In this document: positions 24,398 to 37,920 of the stretch, in pieces
Layout: the number at the start of each line of letters is the position of its first letter
Position numbering within the stretch: position 1 is the stretch's first letter
Assembly (NCBI GenBank): GCA_030390025.1
Contig: CM059432.1
Location: 55,058,001-55,122,000, forward strand
DNA length: 64,000 bases
Origin: Squalus acanthias
Lineage: Eukaryota
Direction: 5' to 3'
Program-made: the position numbers and the translations under genes
Notes under the pieces: model-generated
The model's database searches: none
Told to the model about the DNA's origin: nothing
The model's input: only the letters and a program-made list of their open reading frames with translations

Positions 24398-25086
24398 AGC
24401 CTATAAATTCAGTTGCGCAGCATCTGTTTTTTCGGGCACTAACTGGCCTACTAAGCCCCCAATATGGCGGGCAGAAAGTGCACACACATTTCCAGCCAGA
24501 AGTGCGCCACCCGCCATATTAGGAAAGAAAGAAAAGATATCCTTTGCCCACACCTGAAGGCGTTCGGCCCTTTGAATATGCAAATAAGAGGCCTAACGTC
24601 TATTTGAGGCCCCCACTCCTAGATTGGCTTGCCCTGAGGCAGCCCGTGCCAGCGTGGGAAGGACTCAGGAAAATCAAACCTTGGGATCGCCTGCAAACTG
24701 CAAGATAAGTTTTCACATTTACTTACCTGAATGTGGAGCCCTGAGGAGCGGGAGTGCTCTTCCCTACCCCACATTTAACTAAAGCTTGTTGCTGCTCCCG
24801 ACACTCGTGCTCCCCAGCCCTCTGGATCCCCGGCCCCCTCAATCTCCGGCACAGCAATTCCCGTACCCCACCCCGCTCCTGGACCTGACCACTAGACCCA
24901 TTTACCCGAGGGCTACTGGGATGCTAGCAGTGGCCCGATTTTGCTCTCCTCTTCTCCGGCTGGCTGTTGCACCATGGCAGCCCCATTATAATGAGGCCAG
25001 AGACTCAATATCGGGGTTGCCTTGGGCCTCACCATTCAGGCGCAGTACAAGTAACTTGCAGTCTCAGCCGCCCAAAGTTCTAGGCC
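24398..25086. mobile_element. Harbinger-type MITE (~690 bp)
   Basis: TIR AGCCTATAAATT / AAGTTCTAGGCC; ATG TSD 24395-24397 / 25087-25089. Confidence 0.7.
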
Positions 25087-25362
25087 ATGCTATTAGTCCT
25101 TTACACTTAAGTGATGAAGGTTGTGCTCAGTACGATTCTACATCTTCCCCCACCCCCTTTATTGATGTGGCTTAATTGGAGGCAGATGAAGGGAAATGAC
25201 CAGAAGTCTCCTTCACAAATGCTGAGGAAATTTGCCTGCTCCTTTCCTGAGCCATGGACACCTGAGGAATATAGGATGATACGCACCAGAAAAAACCCAA
25301 TGGTTTGGTTCCTAAAATCACAGAACTTCTTATCCCATTTTACCTCCAATATCCTTAAACAG

Positions 25363-25460
25363 TTTTGACAAAGGGTCATCGACCTGAAACGTTAACTCTG
25401 TTTCTCTCTGCACAGATGCTGCCTGACCTGCTGTGTACTTCCAGCATTTTTTGTTTTTAT
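25363..25460 (+). mobile_element. Solo Penelope pLTR fragment
   Basis: Matches 19851-19949; 11-bp TSD TCCTTAAACAG 25352-25362 / 25461-25471. Confidence 0.88.
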
Positions 25461-25999
25461 TCCTTAAACAGCCCTGTCTGCCAAAAAGTTTATTCAACGT
25501 GTTCTTAAAATTGACATCTCCTCTCTCCATTGTCTCACTCAGTAGACTATTATGTACGTTTACCACCCTCTGCACGAAGGAGTTATATCTTACCAGTTTT
25601 TTAAAACTTTAGCTGGATTTTTCCGCTGTTGATCACCCATTGTAGCAGTGTAAAATGGACAGTTGGAAGCAGAAAATTGAAGGAGTGTAAGGTTGTTAAT
25701 TTCGCTTGTTCCTATGATTAGGGGAATTAATCTTATTACTAGTTCTGACTTTGAGTGGAGAAAACAACCACAGAAAATGGTAGCAACATTACTAAGCGCT
25801 CTATTTGATTTGTCTCCTTGTTCTTTGTTCTTGTATGTAGATCTCAACAACTGCAGTGGTTACTCCACTGAGCTGTGTTTGTCTCTCCTGCCAGTAACAC
25901 AGTTCGTTCTCCTTTTATACAGTTTGAAGCGAGCCCAATCAATACCTTGTATGCTTGTATGGCAATATTCTTTGTCTTCCTTTATGGCTTCCTGCTACA

Positions 26000-26156
26000 T
26001 TATCTCGTTTGTGGGAGCTTGCTGTGCGCAAAATTGACTGTTGCCTTTCCGACATTACAACAGTGACTACACTTCAAAAGTACTTCATTGGCTGTAAAGT
26101 GCTTTGAGACTTCCTGAGGTCATGAAGGGCGCTATATAAATGCAAGTTTTTCTTTT
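26000..26156 (+). mobile_element. DeuSINE (SacSINE1-like) 3' fragment
   Basis: GGGAGCTTGCTGTGCGCAAA...CGCTATATAAATGCAAG tail shared with 45493-45927. Confidence 0.85.
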
Positions 26157-26629
26157 ACCATATAAGGAGTTGTTTTTCTCATTGCCATTTTGCTGATGTG
26201 CAAATTTCCAAAGTTGTTATTATTTCTGGTATACTTTTTCTTCCTGAGATGAGCAGCCGACAAAGTCTGTGGTTAGCTGTAGCAAAACCCACAGTCTTTC
26301 TTTTCCATTAGCCGTAAAATCAGTTCATCATAGTTTAACCAAAGTTCAGTATCTTACAAGAAGTTCCGCTTCATCCTGCCCTGCCGTTTCTATCTCGTGC
26401 TGGATTACTAACTCTCTTCTTTTCTGTACATAGTGTATACAATTTGTGTCCCCTCTCTTAATCATTATGACTTCAATGCAAAATAATTTTCTAACTGCTC
26501 ATTTGATAATTGTAGTGTTGCTGACTTGATAAAAATCACTTCGGTGGCAAAAGAATTTGTTGCCCGCGAGGGTTCTCCTGATTGACAGCCATAATTTTGG
26601 TGGAAACTCCCCCCCAGAAATGGCTTAAA

Positions 26630-29600
26630 CATCCGCCCCTGCCTCAGCCCATCTGCTGCTGAAACTCTCATCCATGCATTTGTCACCTCCAGACTTGTGT
26701 AAACTTCAGCTCAACCAAAACTCTGGTGCTCATATTCTATCACGCACCAGGTCGTGCTCGCCCATCACTGCTGTTCTTGCTGACCTACATTGGCTCCCGG
26801 ACCCCCAACAGCTCCAATTTAAAATTCTTATCCTGGGCCTAGAAATTTGATTAGACCCGAAAACAGGCGGTGGCACCGCGGGGCGAGATTTGCTCGCGTC
26901 CGTTTAAAAAAATCACAGGAAGCACATTATTTTGGTGCTGCCTGCTGATTTGAATAATTTCAGCGCACAGCCCAGCGACGAACGTGCTGCTTCAGGCTGT
27001 GCGCTCAGCAGGAGGCCCAATGTTGCATCCCTGGAATGAGACTGCATTTCCTTAAAGCACGGCTGTCATTTTAGAAAGCAATCTCGAGCCCTTAAAGGTG
27101 AACTGCCTCCTGAATAAAAAATAAAAAATCATTCAAAAATAGGCAGTCTCTAGCCCTTAAAGCTCAACTGCCTTCCGTAAAAAACACATTAAAAATCATT
27201 CCAAACTAGGCAGTCTTCAGCTCTTAAAGCTGAACTGCATTCTGCACGTAAAAAATGGTAAAAGTGCTTCAGCACTAACACAAATGGCTCAACAGGCCAG
27301 GAAAAGGGCACCCACGGTCTTGCACGCAGCACTCCAGCTTTGTGCAGGGGCTCAACACTGGAAGAGAGGTCCTCTACCCACAGGAGGCCAGGAAGCCCTC
27401 CATAAAGAATGATGTGGGACCACATCACCGAGGCCATCACTGCCAGCAGTGTTGCCCCACGAACTGGCTCCAGTGGCCAAAGAAGTTTCATGACCTCAGA
27501 CGAGTGGTCAGGGTCAGTGAATGCATCTTCTACCAACTGCACCACTAGCCTCACACACTGCTCAGTGCACGACCGTCACCACCCCCCCCCGCCTCCCGCC
27601 CCCCCATCACTCACCTACCAACAATGTCTACCAAACATGAGGCACACCTCACATTCCTAGCTTCACCTCTCCCCCTTGGAGGAGACAGTGCTGACCATTC
27701 TTGGCAGAGGCATGGCCGAGCTCTTGGCCAGTGGCAGGGCTGAAAGAATACAAGATGCCAGTATCCTCATATGTTATCCTCCTCCTCACATCTCACTTCC
27801 CCCTCATCCCACAATATCTTCTAATGTACAAGCTGCACATGGTGTAAGCATGCAGCTCTTGATTTCCCACCCTTCCCTCACCCTAACCCTACCCTTGTGC
27901 CTTCCTCATTTCAGACGCCCAAGAAATCCAGCCTCCCCAGCCAGTGGTTGACCAAGAAGAGGGAGAGGAGAGTGAAGAAGAAGAAACACCATCATTCGAT
28001 TTCACACTCCCAGTCACCAGCTCCTCAGGGTAGTTCTGCAAGGCTATCTGCAGTCTCCCCCACTGAAAGTCAGTAGCCTTTCCCCAGCCATGCTGCAGCC
28101 ACTTGGGTAGCACTGCGTGACATAGGCAAAGGCACACGCAAGACAGTCACTAAGGGAATGCACAAGGGTGATAAGTTGATTTTTTGATGTAATATTGGAT
28201 GCATATATGGATAAAGTTGGATGGAAAGTTTGCTTTGTGGTGGCTTTTATTTCAGCATTGTGGCCAAGAGGACGCCGTGATGGTCAGTAACAGAGGGAAG
28301 GTAAGGTGTGGGGCAAATGTTGAAAGGGGAATTGGGGTTGTGTTCACTGGTACCGTGGGTGGATGATTCGATCCCGGATATCCCGGTCAGAAAGGGGCTG
28401 TCTGGGTTGCCTCCTTCCTTCCGCTTCCTCCTCTTCTGCGTCTTCTTCTTCTGCTTCTTGCTGTTCTGTTTTTTCCTCTTCTGCTTCTTGCTCTTCCGTC
28501 TGCGAGCAGCTTGTCCCCTTTGCTGCCCCTGCTTCATCTCTATGTGCCCCCAGGGCTGTGAGCAAGTGGTCTTCTCAGAGGCCTTCCTTTAAGGACTTGC
28601 AAGAGTCCAGCAGCACTCCCTACACATTTTAACAACTCATTAAATGTATTGCACCAAGCCACTACTTCAATAAAATATTTTAAAAAAACCTCCAAAAGCT
28701 TAAATCAAAACTTACCTGAAAGATGTGTGTGTCCCTTTAAGAAATGCTAACATCATCTCTGCAGTACTGCAGCATGCATATTCTTCTGTGCATGATTAGG
28801 AGGGGGTGTTACGGTGAGTGGCGATGTCCAAAATCGCAGTTGTGCGTCAAATCAGGCGTTGCACGCCGATTGACATCATGATCAGCAAATTTGCATTGAC
28901 GAGGCGAGCGCAGGCATTAGCGCTATTGACCTCTCCAAAATGGCAGCCACTATGTCCCATGCCGGAAGCAGGTGGAAGCGAGGCGGCCGCCATTTTTTCA
29001 GGAAAACTGCCGTTAATGGCCGATGCTGCAACAGGGAATTTCTAGGCCCTTGTGTTTAAATACCTTCATGGCCTTGCCATTCCCTATTTCCACCCTTCAA
29101 CTCCTCCAGAATTCTCTTTGTATAAGCTGAAATTTACAGAGGATTGAGATTAGGTGGCTGGCCAGGAGAGCATTGGAATAGTCAAGTCTGGAGATAACAA
29201 AAGCATGGATGAGGATTTCATCAGTTGATTGGCTAAGGCAGGGGTTGAGGCAGGTGATGTTATGAAGATGGAAGTAGACAGTGCGACTGAGAGGATATGG
29301 GGTTGGAAGTTCAACTCAAGGGTCAAATAGGACAGCAATGTTGTAAACAGTCTGGTTCAACCTAAGATGGTGGTTGGGGAGGGAGATGGTGGCAAGAGTA
29401 CACAGTTTGTGACAGGGACTGAAGACTATGGCCTTGGTCTTCCCAATTTTTAACTGGTTTAAATTGCGGCTCACCCAAGACTGGATGTCGGACAAGCAGT
29501 CTGCCAACACAGAGACGTGGAGCCATTGAGAGGTGATGGAGAGGGAGAACTGGGAGGTATCAGGGTACATGGAGCAGCATGTATATGAGGAATAGGAGGG

Positions 29601-29720
29601 GTTCAAAGATAGATTCTTGGGAGATTCCAGAGGTAATGGTGCAGGGTGGGCAGAGAAGCCATTGCTGGAGATGTTCCGGCTGAGGTTATAGGTAAGCGTG
29701 GAACCAAGAAAGGGCAATGG
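26630..29720. mobile_element. L2 LINE fragments (26630-26835 and 29049-29115 on +; 29125-29720 on -) flanking a Harbinger derivative
   Basis: SAAETLIHAFVTSRL and LADCLSDIQSWVSRN..LKIGKTK match the L2 copy at 46.4-48.9 kb. Confidence 0.75.
26836..29048. mobile_element. Internally deleted Harbinger C (2.2 kb) with decayed Myb (+, from ~27284) and a probable transposase remnant (-, ~28340-28620)
   Basis: TIR GGCCTAGAAATT / AATTTCTAGGCC; TSD CTG/CTT; MAQQARKRAP..KKFHDLRRVVR; acidic ORF on minus; ~65-bp triplicated segment at 27079-27245. Confidence 0.85.
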
Positions 29721-32700
29721 GACATTTTTAGTACTTAAGCAACATACCCTTTTTGGTATTGTGTTTTCATTACATGAATTTTGAAGTACTTATGCATTGA
29801 TGATTAATATAGTTGTACCATTTAGGAATTTACTGGTATTACCTGAGGAGAAATTTGCTAATTTATAATATTTTTAATAATAAATACAGCATTCTTGATT
29901 TAACATTAACCTGTAGATATTAAACTAGGGTAGTGACTATGGTAATTTAAAGCATTAATTAGCTACTCAAATGTAGATGTCCCAGCTATAAAATCATTTA
30001 TTTATGCACATTTCTGTAGCTTTCAGACAATGGGGAAAACCCAAGAGGTCAATTAATTGTAAACTGACTCTCTGCAAGTATGGTTCATTAAATGCATCCA
30101 GCAGGGGGCTTAGCTTAACAGACATTCAGGTACCTCAAGCTCCCTTATCAAAGTGACAACTTTGACAGCTTGGCAGGCTATTTCCCTGAAGATGGAGAGT
30201 TAAGGAAAGGGTCAGATGACCCTCGTTGTTTTACAATCGTGCCTCATGTCACTAGAGTGCTTTGCAGTCTGCCTTTCATAAAGACTGGAAAATGGACATG
30301 CGAGATTGAAATAGCTGGTTTATACAACAAGTTTTCTACGTTATAATCCCTGGGTCACACTATTATTTAACTAGATATTGGGTAGAAAAAGGTGCACTCT
30401 GGATCATTGAGGGCATTGGGTGCACTGAACCCAAGAGAATGTCCAGTGTAAAACACACAAATTTGTAACAATATTACACAACAAGTAATTAATTTGCCCC
30501 TCCAACCTCCTGAGGACCATTGCCTTCCAGTGTCTTCCTCCCTATTAATTCCCCCATTCTCCCTTCTTATGTTACAAGCATTGTAATCTGTCCATATTTT
30601 TGTTGTGTCCCAGTTTGACTTTCAAATGTAAGAGCAATTTGAATTCAAGCAGGGTAATATGAGCCAAGTAAATTCCATCCAGAAGTACATATTCTTGGCT
30701 GTTGGCATGGTAATGTAATTTTTTCATTTGATCTCAGAATGTGGACTATGCTGGTAAGGCTGTATTTATTGCCCATCCCTAGTTGCCCTGAGCAGCTGGT
30801 AGGCCTCCTTGAACTGCCACAGTCCTTGTATTGATGGTGCTCCCACAATGGTATTAGGTAGGAATGTCCATATATTGACCCAGCAATGATGAAGCAATAA
30901 CTTGTGTGACTTGGAGGGAAACTTGTGGTAGATGGTCTTCCTTTGACATCACAGTTCTTGTCCTTCTCAGAGGTAGAGGTTATGAACCTGAGAGTTATTG
31001 TCAAAGTAAACTTGGTGATTTTCAGCAGTGTACTTTGTAGCTAGTATATAGTCACAAAATGTACTGGTGCTGGAGGGGGTGGTAAGGACACCAATCAAAT
31101 GAAGTGCTCTGTGCTGGATGATGTTGAACTTCTTGAGTAGTGTTTCAGTTGCACCTGTCCAGGCAGGTGGGTATTCCACCACACTCCTGACTTCAGCCTT
31201 GTAGATGGTGGAGAGGCATTGAGGGAACAGGAGATGGGCAATTTATCACAGGGTACACACCCTCTGCCCTACTTTTGCAGCCATGGCGCTGATGTGTGTA
31301 GCCTATTTAAACTTGTGGTTAATGGATGTTAACAGCAGGGAATTCGGTGATGGTGGTGCCATTGAAGTCCGGGGGAGCTGGCTAGGCCTTTTTTGTAAAG
31401 GATGGCACTTATCTGGTGCAAATATTACCTGTCATATGCCAGCCTAAACCTGAATGTTGTCCAGGTCCAGCTGTTGACTGACATGGGCTACTTCATTATT
31501 GGAAGAGTTGTGAATGGAGCTGAACATTGTGGAACATCAGCAAACAGCCTCGCTCCTGACCTTTTGAGGAGGGATGGTCATTGATGGAGCATTTGAAGAT
31601 GGCTGGGCCAGGAACACTGCCCTGAGGAACTCTGGCAGTAATGTCATGGAGCTGTGATGTTTGACCTCCGACAACCACGACTATCTTCCTTTGCATCAGG
31701 TATGACTCCAGCCACTGGAGCGTTTTCACCTCAATTTCCATTGACCTCAGTTTTGCTAGGGCTGCTTGGTGCCATATTCAGTTGAATGCTGCCTTAATGT
31801 CAAGGGCAACTACTCTCACTTCTCCTCTGGCATTCAACTCTTGCGGTCTTGTCTGGATCAAGGCTGTGATGAAGTCAGGAGTGGAGTGACTCTGGCAGTT
31901 CCTAAACTGAGTATCAGAGAGCAGATTATTAGTGAGTAGGCATAACTTGAGAGCTTCTTCCATCACTTTGCTGATGATTGGGAGGAAGCTGAGCGGGAGA
32001 GTGGGCAATTGACTGGGTTTGATTTGCATTTTGGGGAAAGGACATACCTGGGCAATTTTCCACTTTAGCTAGTTCCGGTGTGCAGCTCTTATGCACTACA
32101 ACTGGGATGTATCAGGACCATTGCTACCTACAGTGCACTCGTCACTTTTTAATGTCAGGTGGAGTGAACTGAATTGGCTGTATGTTGGTATCTATGATAC
32201 TGTGGACCTCAGGATGAGGATAAGTAGAATCGTTTATTTGGCACTTTTGACTGAAGATGCTTGCAAACACTTCAACCTTGTCTCGCACTCACATGGTGGG
32301 CTCTACCGTGGTTGAGAATGGTGATGTTCATGGAACTCCTCCTCCCTTTAGTTGTCTAATTGTCTACTACCATTCTTGACTGGATGTGGTAGGGCTACAG
32401 AGCTTTGCTCTGATCCATTAGCTGTGGAACTGTTTAGCTTTGTCTATAACCTGCTAGTTTTGGGGCTTAGCATGCAGGCAGCCCTGTGTTGTAGCTTTAC
32501 AAGATTGTTACCTCATTCTAAGGTATGCATGGCGGTGCTGCTGCTGGAAGATCCTTCTGCACTTTGCATTGAACCAGGGTTGATCTCTTGATTTGATGGA
32601 GATGAAAGAGTGAAGGATGTGCTGGGCCATGAGGTTGTGGTGGTATACAATTCTGTTGCTGCTAAAGGCCCACAGTGCCTCATGGATACTCAGTTTTGGG

Positions 32701-32774
32701 CTGCTAGATCTATCCCTAGTCTGTTCTACTTAGCACGGTGGTAGTGCCACACTGCACTGTGAAGAAGAGACTTT

Positions 32775-33659
32775 GGGGGGAAAATTCGGTTGGTTTGCGC
32801 CTCCCGTTAGCGCCTTAAGAGGGCGCTAATGTGGCGCAAAGCAACTAGCGCCCGGGTGCAGCGATGTTTGCGCCGCTCACGAAATTGACCAGACATTTTG
32901 CGGCGGCGCTAAACACTACCACCACAATCTCCTGCGCCCGCAGATCGTGATGTCAGTCGAGCGTACAACGCCCCGGTAGCGCCCCGGACCGGATATTGAA
33001 TGGTGCCCCCTGCCTTACCGCCTGCCGCTAGCAACGACAGGTTGAGGGGAGCGTTTTGCAGTCGGGAAGGGACTGGGGGAGTGCTATTTAAAGGTGATCG
33101 CTTCCTGCCTTTTTTTGTCGGCGAAATCTTTGCACCACGCTTTCTGAGTGAGAGAGAGAAACTTCTGGAGATATTCAACACTGTGTTGAGGAGTTTTGGG
33201 TACTGAGCAGCACTTTCCAGGTTCATTTTGGTTTGATCTTCCTTGCATCGATTTAGAAGAGACTATGGGGGCTGCACTCTGAGCTCTTTCCCTGGGCCTC
33301 TCCATTGTTTTTTCCAGCAGAATTGATGTACAGGTCTCTCCAGGCTGAGATTCAAGGCTGCAGGGTGTGGATGGAACGCAAGATCGACCCTCCCCTTTAA
33401 GAACTGGCTGGCACCAGTGTGTCTGTGTTCCATTGCTGACTGACATCACATGAGCTTCGCCAGCGCTCTGAGGTAGCACCTCGCTCCTCGGCGTTAGCGC
33501 CTTAAGAGAGGTGTGTAGCACCTGATTTAGCGCTCCAATCACCTCCAGGGGCGATAGAAGCCAAGTTTGCAGTTGGAGGCGATAATTAACGTCACATGCT
33601 AAACTTTGCGCCCGGCCAATAATTGCGCCCCAAACAGGGCGATACCGAATTTCTCCCCC
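32775..33659 (-). mobile_element. 885-bp non-autonomous derivative of a Harbinger A-related family
   Basis: TIR GGGGGGAAAATTCGGT / ACCGAATTTCTCCCCC; TTT TSD; both arms align to the ends of element A. Confidence 0.95.
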
Positions 33660-33811
33660 TTTGTCTGTGCAGTGGTCACTTCCATCAATGTTATTGTGGA
33701 CAGATGTGTCTGCGACAGGTAAGTTGGTGATGACAAGGTCAAGCAGGTCATTTCTTTGTGTGGTTCCTTCACCACCTGACACAGGCCGATTCAGACAGCT
33801 ATATCATTCTG

Positions 33812-33901
33812 ATGAAAGGTCATCGACCTGAAACGTTAACTCTGTTTCTCTCTCCACAAATGCTGCCTGACCTGCTGAGTGTTTCCAGCATTTTCTATTT
33901 T
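33812..33901 (+). mobile_element. Solo Penelope pLTR fragment with canonical hammerhead core
   Basis: CTGATGA-A-AGGTC-ATC-GACCT-GAAACGTT at 33809-33837; 12-bp TSD TATATCATTCTG 33800-33811 / 33902-33913. Confidence 0.88.
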
Positions 33902-34375
33902 TATATCATTCTGGACTTAGCCAGCTTGGTCAGTGGTGGCACGACCAAGCAACTCTTAGTGGTGGCCATTAAAGTCCCACATCCAGAGCACATTTTGTGT
34001 CCTTACTTCCTTCAGTGCTTTTTCCAAGTGGTGTTCAACATGGAGGAGTATTGATTTGTAATAAGCAGGAGGTTTCCCTAGCATTGTTCGACATAAAACC
34101 ATGAGACATTAAAGGGGCTGGAGTCAACATTGAGGACTTCAAGGTCACCCCCATTCAACTGTATATCACTGTGCCCCCACCTGTGGTGGGTCTTTTCTGT
34201 CAGAGGGACAGGATATACCCAGGGATGATGAAGGAGGAGTCTGAAATGTTGGTTGAAAGATATGACTGTGAGTACAACTATGTCAGGTTGACCTTGACTA
34301 GTCCATGGGGCTACTTATTGTAGCCAGTCACATAATTCATATTGTGAATTAACTCAACTTGTGCCTCATAACAAT

Positions 34376-34620
34376 GCCCACTTTTTCGAAGAAGAGCAGG
34401 GGAGTTATCTCTGGTGTCCTGGCCAATATTTATCCCTCAATCAACGTCTGGTCATTATCACATTGCTGTTTGTGGGAGCTTGCTGTGCGCAAATTGGCTG
34501 CCGTGTTTCCTACATTACAACAGTGACTACACTTCAAAAAGTACTTCTTTGGCTGTAAAGCGCTTTGGGATGTCCGGTGGTCGTGAAAGGCGCTATATAA
34601 ATGCAAGTCTTTCTTTCTTT
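34376..34620 (+). mobile_element. DeuSINE (SacSINE1-like) 3' half
   Basis: GAAGAAGAGCAGGGGAGTTATC..GTCCTGGCCAATATTT core and AAATGCAAGTCTTTCTTTC tail. Confidence 0.88.
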
Positions 34621-36290
34621 CAATCTCCAATTTAAATAATGTAAAATGTAACATAAGCTTTTTAAACCCTTTGGAAGGAAATAATGTTTTGGGGCTTGTG
34701 TTTGAGTATAGCCAGGATGGGGGATGATAACCCTGGGGAATGGAATTTCTTCTTGGCAATGAGAACTAAAACCCTCTGAAGTGTGGTATAAAGTTTAACT
34801 CATCCAAGAACCCGAATCTCTGAAGAGGCACCCCTCCCCATGTGTCTGTGTGAACACTTTAAACCAGATTGCTGAATTAATACCAAATTCTAGGTAGCTG
34901 TTTGCTGTTAACTTCTAGCTACTGTGAACTGGATTGAGTCTTGCCAAAACCATTGTCTAAGCTTTTAACACTAAGTAGAGAGTGGGGCTTTTAAATCCTT
35001 TTTGCTAATTCGAGACCTAGGTTGTATAGATCAAATGATCATACTCTAACTTACCATGCCAGCCAGTACCTTAATGTTATGTGCATTGTAAGAGAAGCAA
35101 TGCATTACTCTTGACATTTAACATGGCTGGCCACATAATAATACTAATTACTGAGAGGCAAAATAGATGTAAGTATTTTCCCCATAGTTCTAAACTAAAT
35201 CCATACTGGATGTAAAGTAAAGTATGAGCATATCATTTTAAAATTGAAGATTGACTCATGTGTGGCAGAATTTGAAAGTAAGAAATAATTTTACAATTGG
35301 ATTCTAGACTCATCTATCTCTAATGGCCATGTTACAAACATTTTAGATGTTATAGCAAGATGCATTTCTTTAGTGAGTGCCCTTTGACACAGCGTAGCAT
35401 AAAATGCAGTAGAAAATGTTGAGAGCCAAGGCTTTACAACAGTCTTGAAGCTGAGAAGATAACGGTAAAACTGACTAATGAGGGTGAAATGTTGGATTAG
35501 TGGATTAATGTGCCCATATACTTTCAAATTGTTGCATCCTTAATAGACATTATGGCAACAAAGTTATTCAGTAGCTTGTCATTTTTCATGTGACTTGTAA
35601 TGACCAAGTAGTAACTTACTCACCATCTCATAACTTTCTCCATGGCTGCAAGTAATTTAAAAAAAAGTGGTACATGTGTTTGGTAAATCATACGCAGAAG
35701 ATTTTCTTAACTTGCAAAGCAAAGAAAACTTTTCTTTTTCAGTTTAATAACTTATTCAGCAAATTTGTTTTATTTTTTCATGAGGAAAGCATCTGTTAGT
35801 AATCAGTTTTGACTGTTGCTTTACAATAGCATGCAAGAACTTAAAAGGAACATTAGATATCGAACATGTTCATGAAATGTAATTTACCCATGGGAAGCAT
35901 TACTTCCTACAGATAAAAGCAATATATTTTAAATTACTCTTCAGAAAACCAAGTTCAGGAACACAGAAGTATTAATAGTTATCATATATTCTGTTCAAGA
36001 AAGTACTCGTGTATTGTCTTATTGGAATTCATAAAACCTAGTTGGGACTTTACAAAAGTCCACTTATTAGCAACACAAAAGGTTGTGTTTTGACCAAACA
36101 TGTGGTTTACGTTTGCAACCTGTCAATTTTGTAACTCAAGCAAAGCTGTAGCATGCATTTCTAAGGACATTATGATATATTAAACTCGGGATAGTTATAA
36201 TGCATCCAACATTTTCCCTATGTTATAACCAAGTTTATTTGTTAACACTTGCAGCAACATTTATGCTTTGATAAATTGAACATTTTCTAA

Positions 36291-36893
36291 AGCCCCAATT
36301 TTAACCCTCTGTGTTCGCGAGGAATGGGGCGTTAAAATATCGGCAGCATGGCACTTACCGGAGCCACGCTGCATGCGCCATTTTAACAGCCACTTTTCGG
36401 GCCCACACCCTAGATGGGGGGCTAGAAATTCATCTTGGGCGAACTGAATATTAGGCGCTGCGTATAACGGCTGGTTGATCCGATACCGCCTGTTTTGCAC
36501 TACCGCCCGAGATGAATTTCTACCCTGGGATCTAATGAAGTCATTCAGACCCCGACTACATTTTAACCGGCAGCAGCAAGGCTTTACCTGGTGCTGGCCT
36601 TGCACAGGGATCAGCAGGCCCAGAAGAGGGCTGAAAAGATAAAATTATTCTAATTTTTAAAGCTGGATAGGAGGAACTTCCCATGATTGCCTGGGAAACC
36701 CCGCCCCCCTTTCACCTATCTTTACGGGGACCATTTTCAAGGCTCCCCACTGTGGGCTTCTACCGCCCTCACCCGACTCCCGCACATCAGCCTGATGTTA
36801 TTAACGTCAGGTTCGGAGAGTTGGATCTGGTTCATTTAAATGAGGTCTGGGAGTTAAAATGGCCCAGGCTTGCCACAAGTTAAAATTGGGGCC
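36291..36893. mobile_element. Harbinger-type MITE (~600 bp)
   Basis: TIR (A)GCCCCAATTTTAAC / GTTAAAATTGGGGCC; TAA TSD. Confidence 0.85.
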
Positions 36894-37244
36894 TAAGTTT
36901 CAATAAGGTATTGCTGATTTTCTTTGAAGCTACAGATCAACATATAAAACTATCAGTAGCTACATTGTGTTCAAATTATTTCCACGTTTCTGATTCTTGC
37001 AATTCTGCAAATAACTGTAAGCTAATGTCTTCATTCTATTCATGTGCACTATTTGTCTTTGTAGCAGTTGTTTCATCAATTAATCAGAAGTTCTTTGGAT
37101 AGTTATTAATATGTATAACAAATTGTAGATTTTGGGTTTAATAAACACTTGACTCTCAAATATGGGAGTTATGCTTGTGATCATTTATGTCAGTTCTCAG
37201 CTGGACAGAATGTACAGGACAGGCCAGCTAGAAAAGCACAAAAA

Positions 37245-37765
37245 CATAGAATGATACAGCACAGAAGGAGGCCATTCAGCCCATCGTGCTTGTGCTGGCT
37301 CTTTGGTAGAGCTATCCAATTAATCCCAGTCCCCTGCTCTTTCTCCATAGCCCTGTAAATTTTTTCACTTCAAGTATTTATCCAATTCCCTTTTGAATGT
37401 TGCTATTGAATCCACCACCCTTTCAGGCAGTGCATTCCAGATCACAACAACTCGCTTTATAAAAAAATGTTGCTTTTGGTTCTTTTGTCAATCACCTTAA
37501 ATCTGTGCCCTCTGGTTACCGACCCTTCTGCCACTGGAAACAGTTTCTCCTTATTTACTCCATCAAAACAATTCCTGATTTTGAACACCTCTATCAAATC
37601 TCATCTTAACCTTTTCTGTTCTAAGGAGAACAACCCCAGCTTCTCCAGTCTCTCCACATAACTGAAGTCCCTCTTCCCTGGTACCATTCTAATAAATCTC
37701 TTCTGCACCTTCTCCAAGGCCTTGACATCCTTCTTAAAGTGTGGTGCCCAGAATTGAACACGACA
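37245..37765 (-). mobile_element. CR1 3' fragment
   Basis: Matches the 41482-42022 and 58200-58815 CR1 ends. Confidence 0.85.
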
Positions 37766-37920
37766 AAACAGGAACATAAGAAATCATAAGATCAAATAGA
37801 GTGTTCAAAATAATGAGGGGTTTTGATAATTAGATAGCGACAAACTATTTGCACTGGTCAGTGAGTTACAGAAGGCAGAAATGTAAGATGATCGTGAAAA
37901 GAATGAAGAGAGATATTAGA

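Larger units (their letters stand above)
30719..34308 (-). mobile_element. Degenerate CR1-group LINE (family of 3597-7665), interrupted by a MITE and a pLTR
   Basis: VALDIKAAFN, LQWLESYL..VVVGGQ, LDLVITNLP..SDH; 3' tail GGGATGGGCAATAAA. Confidence 0.88.
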
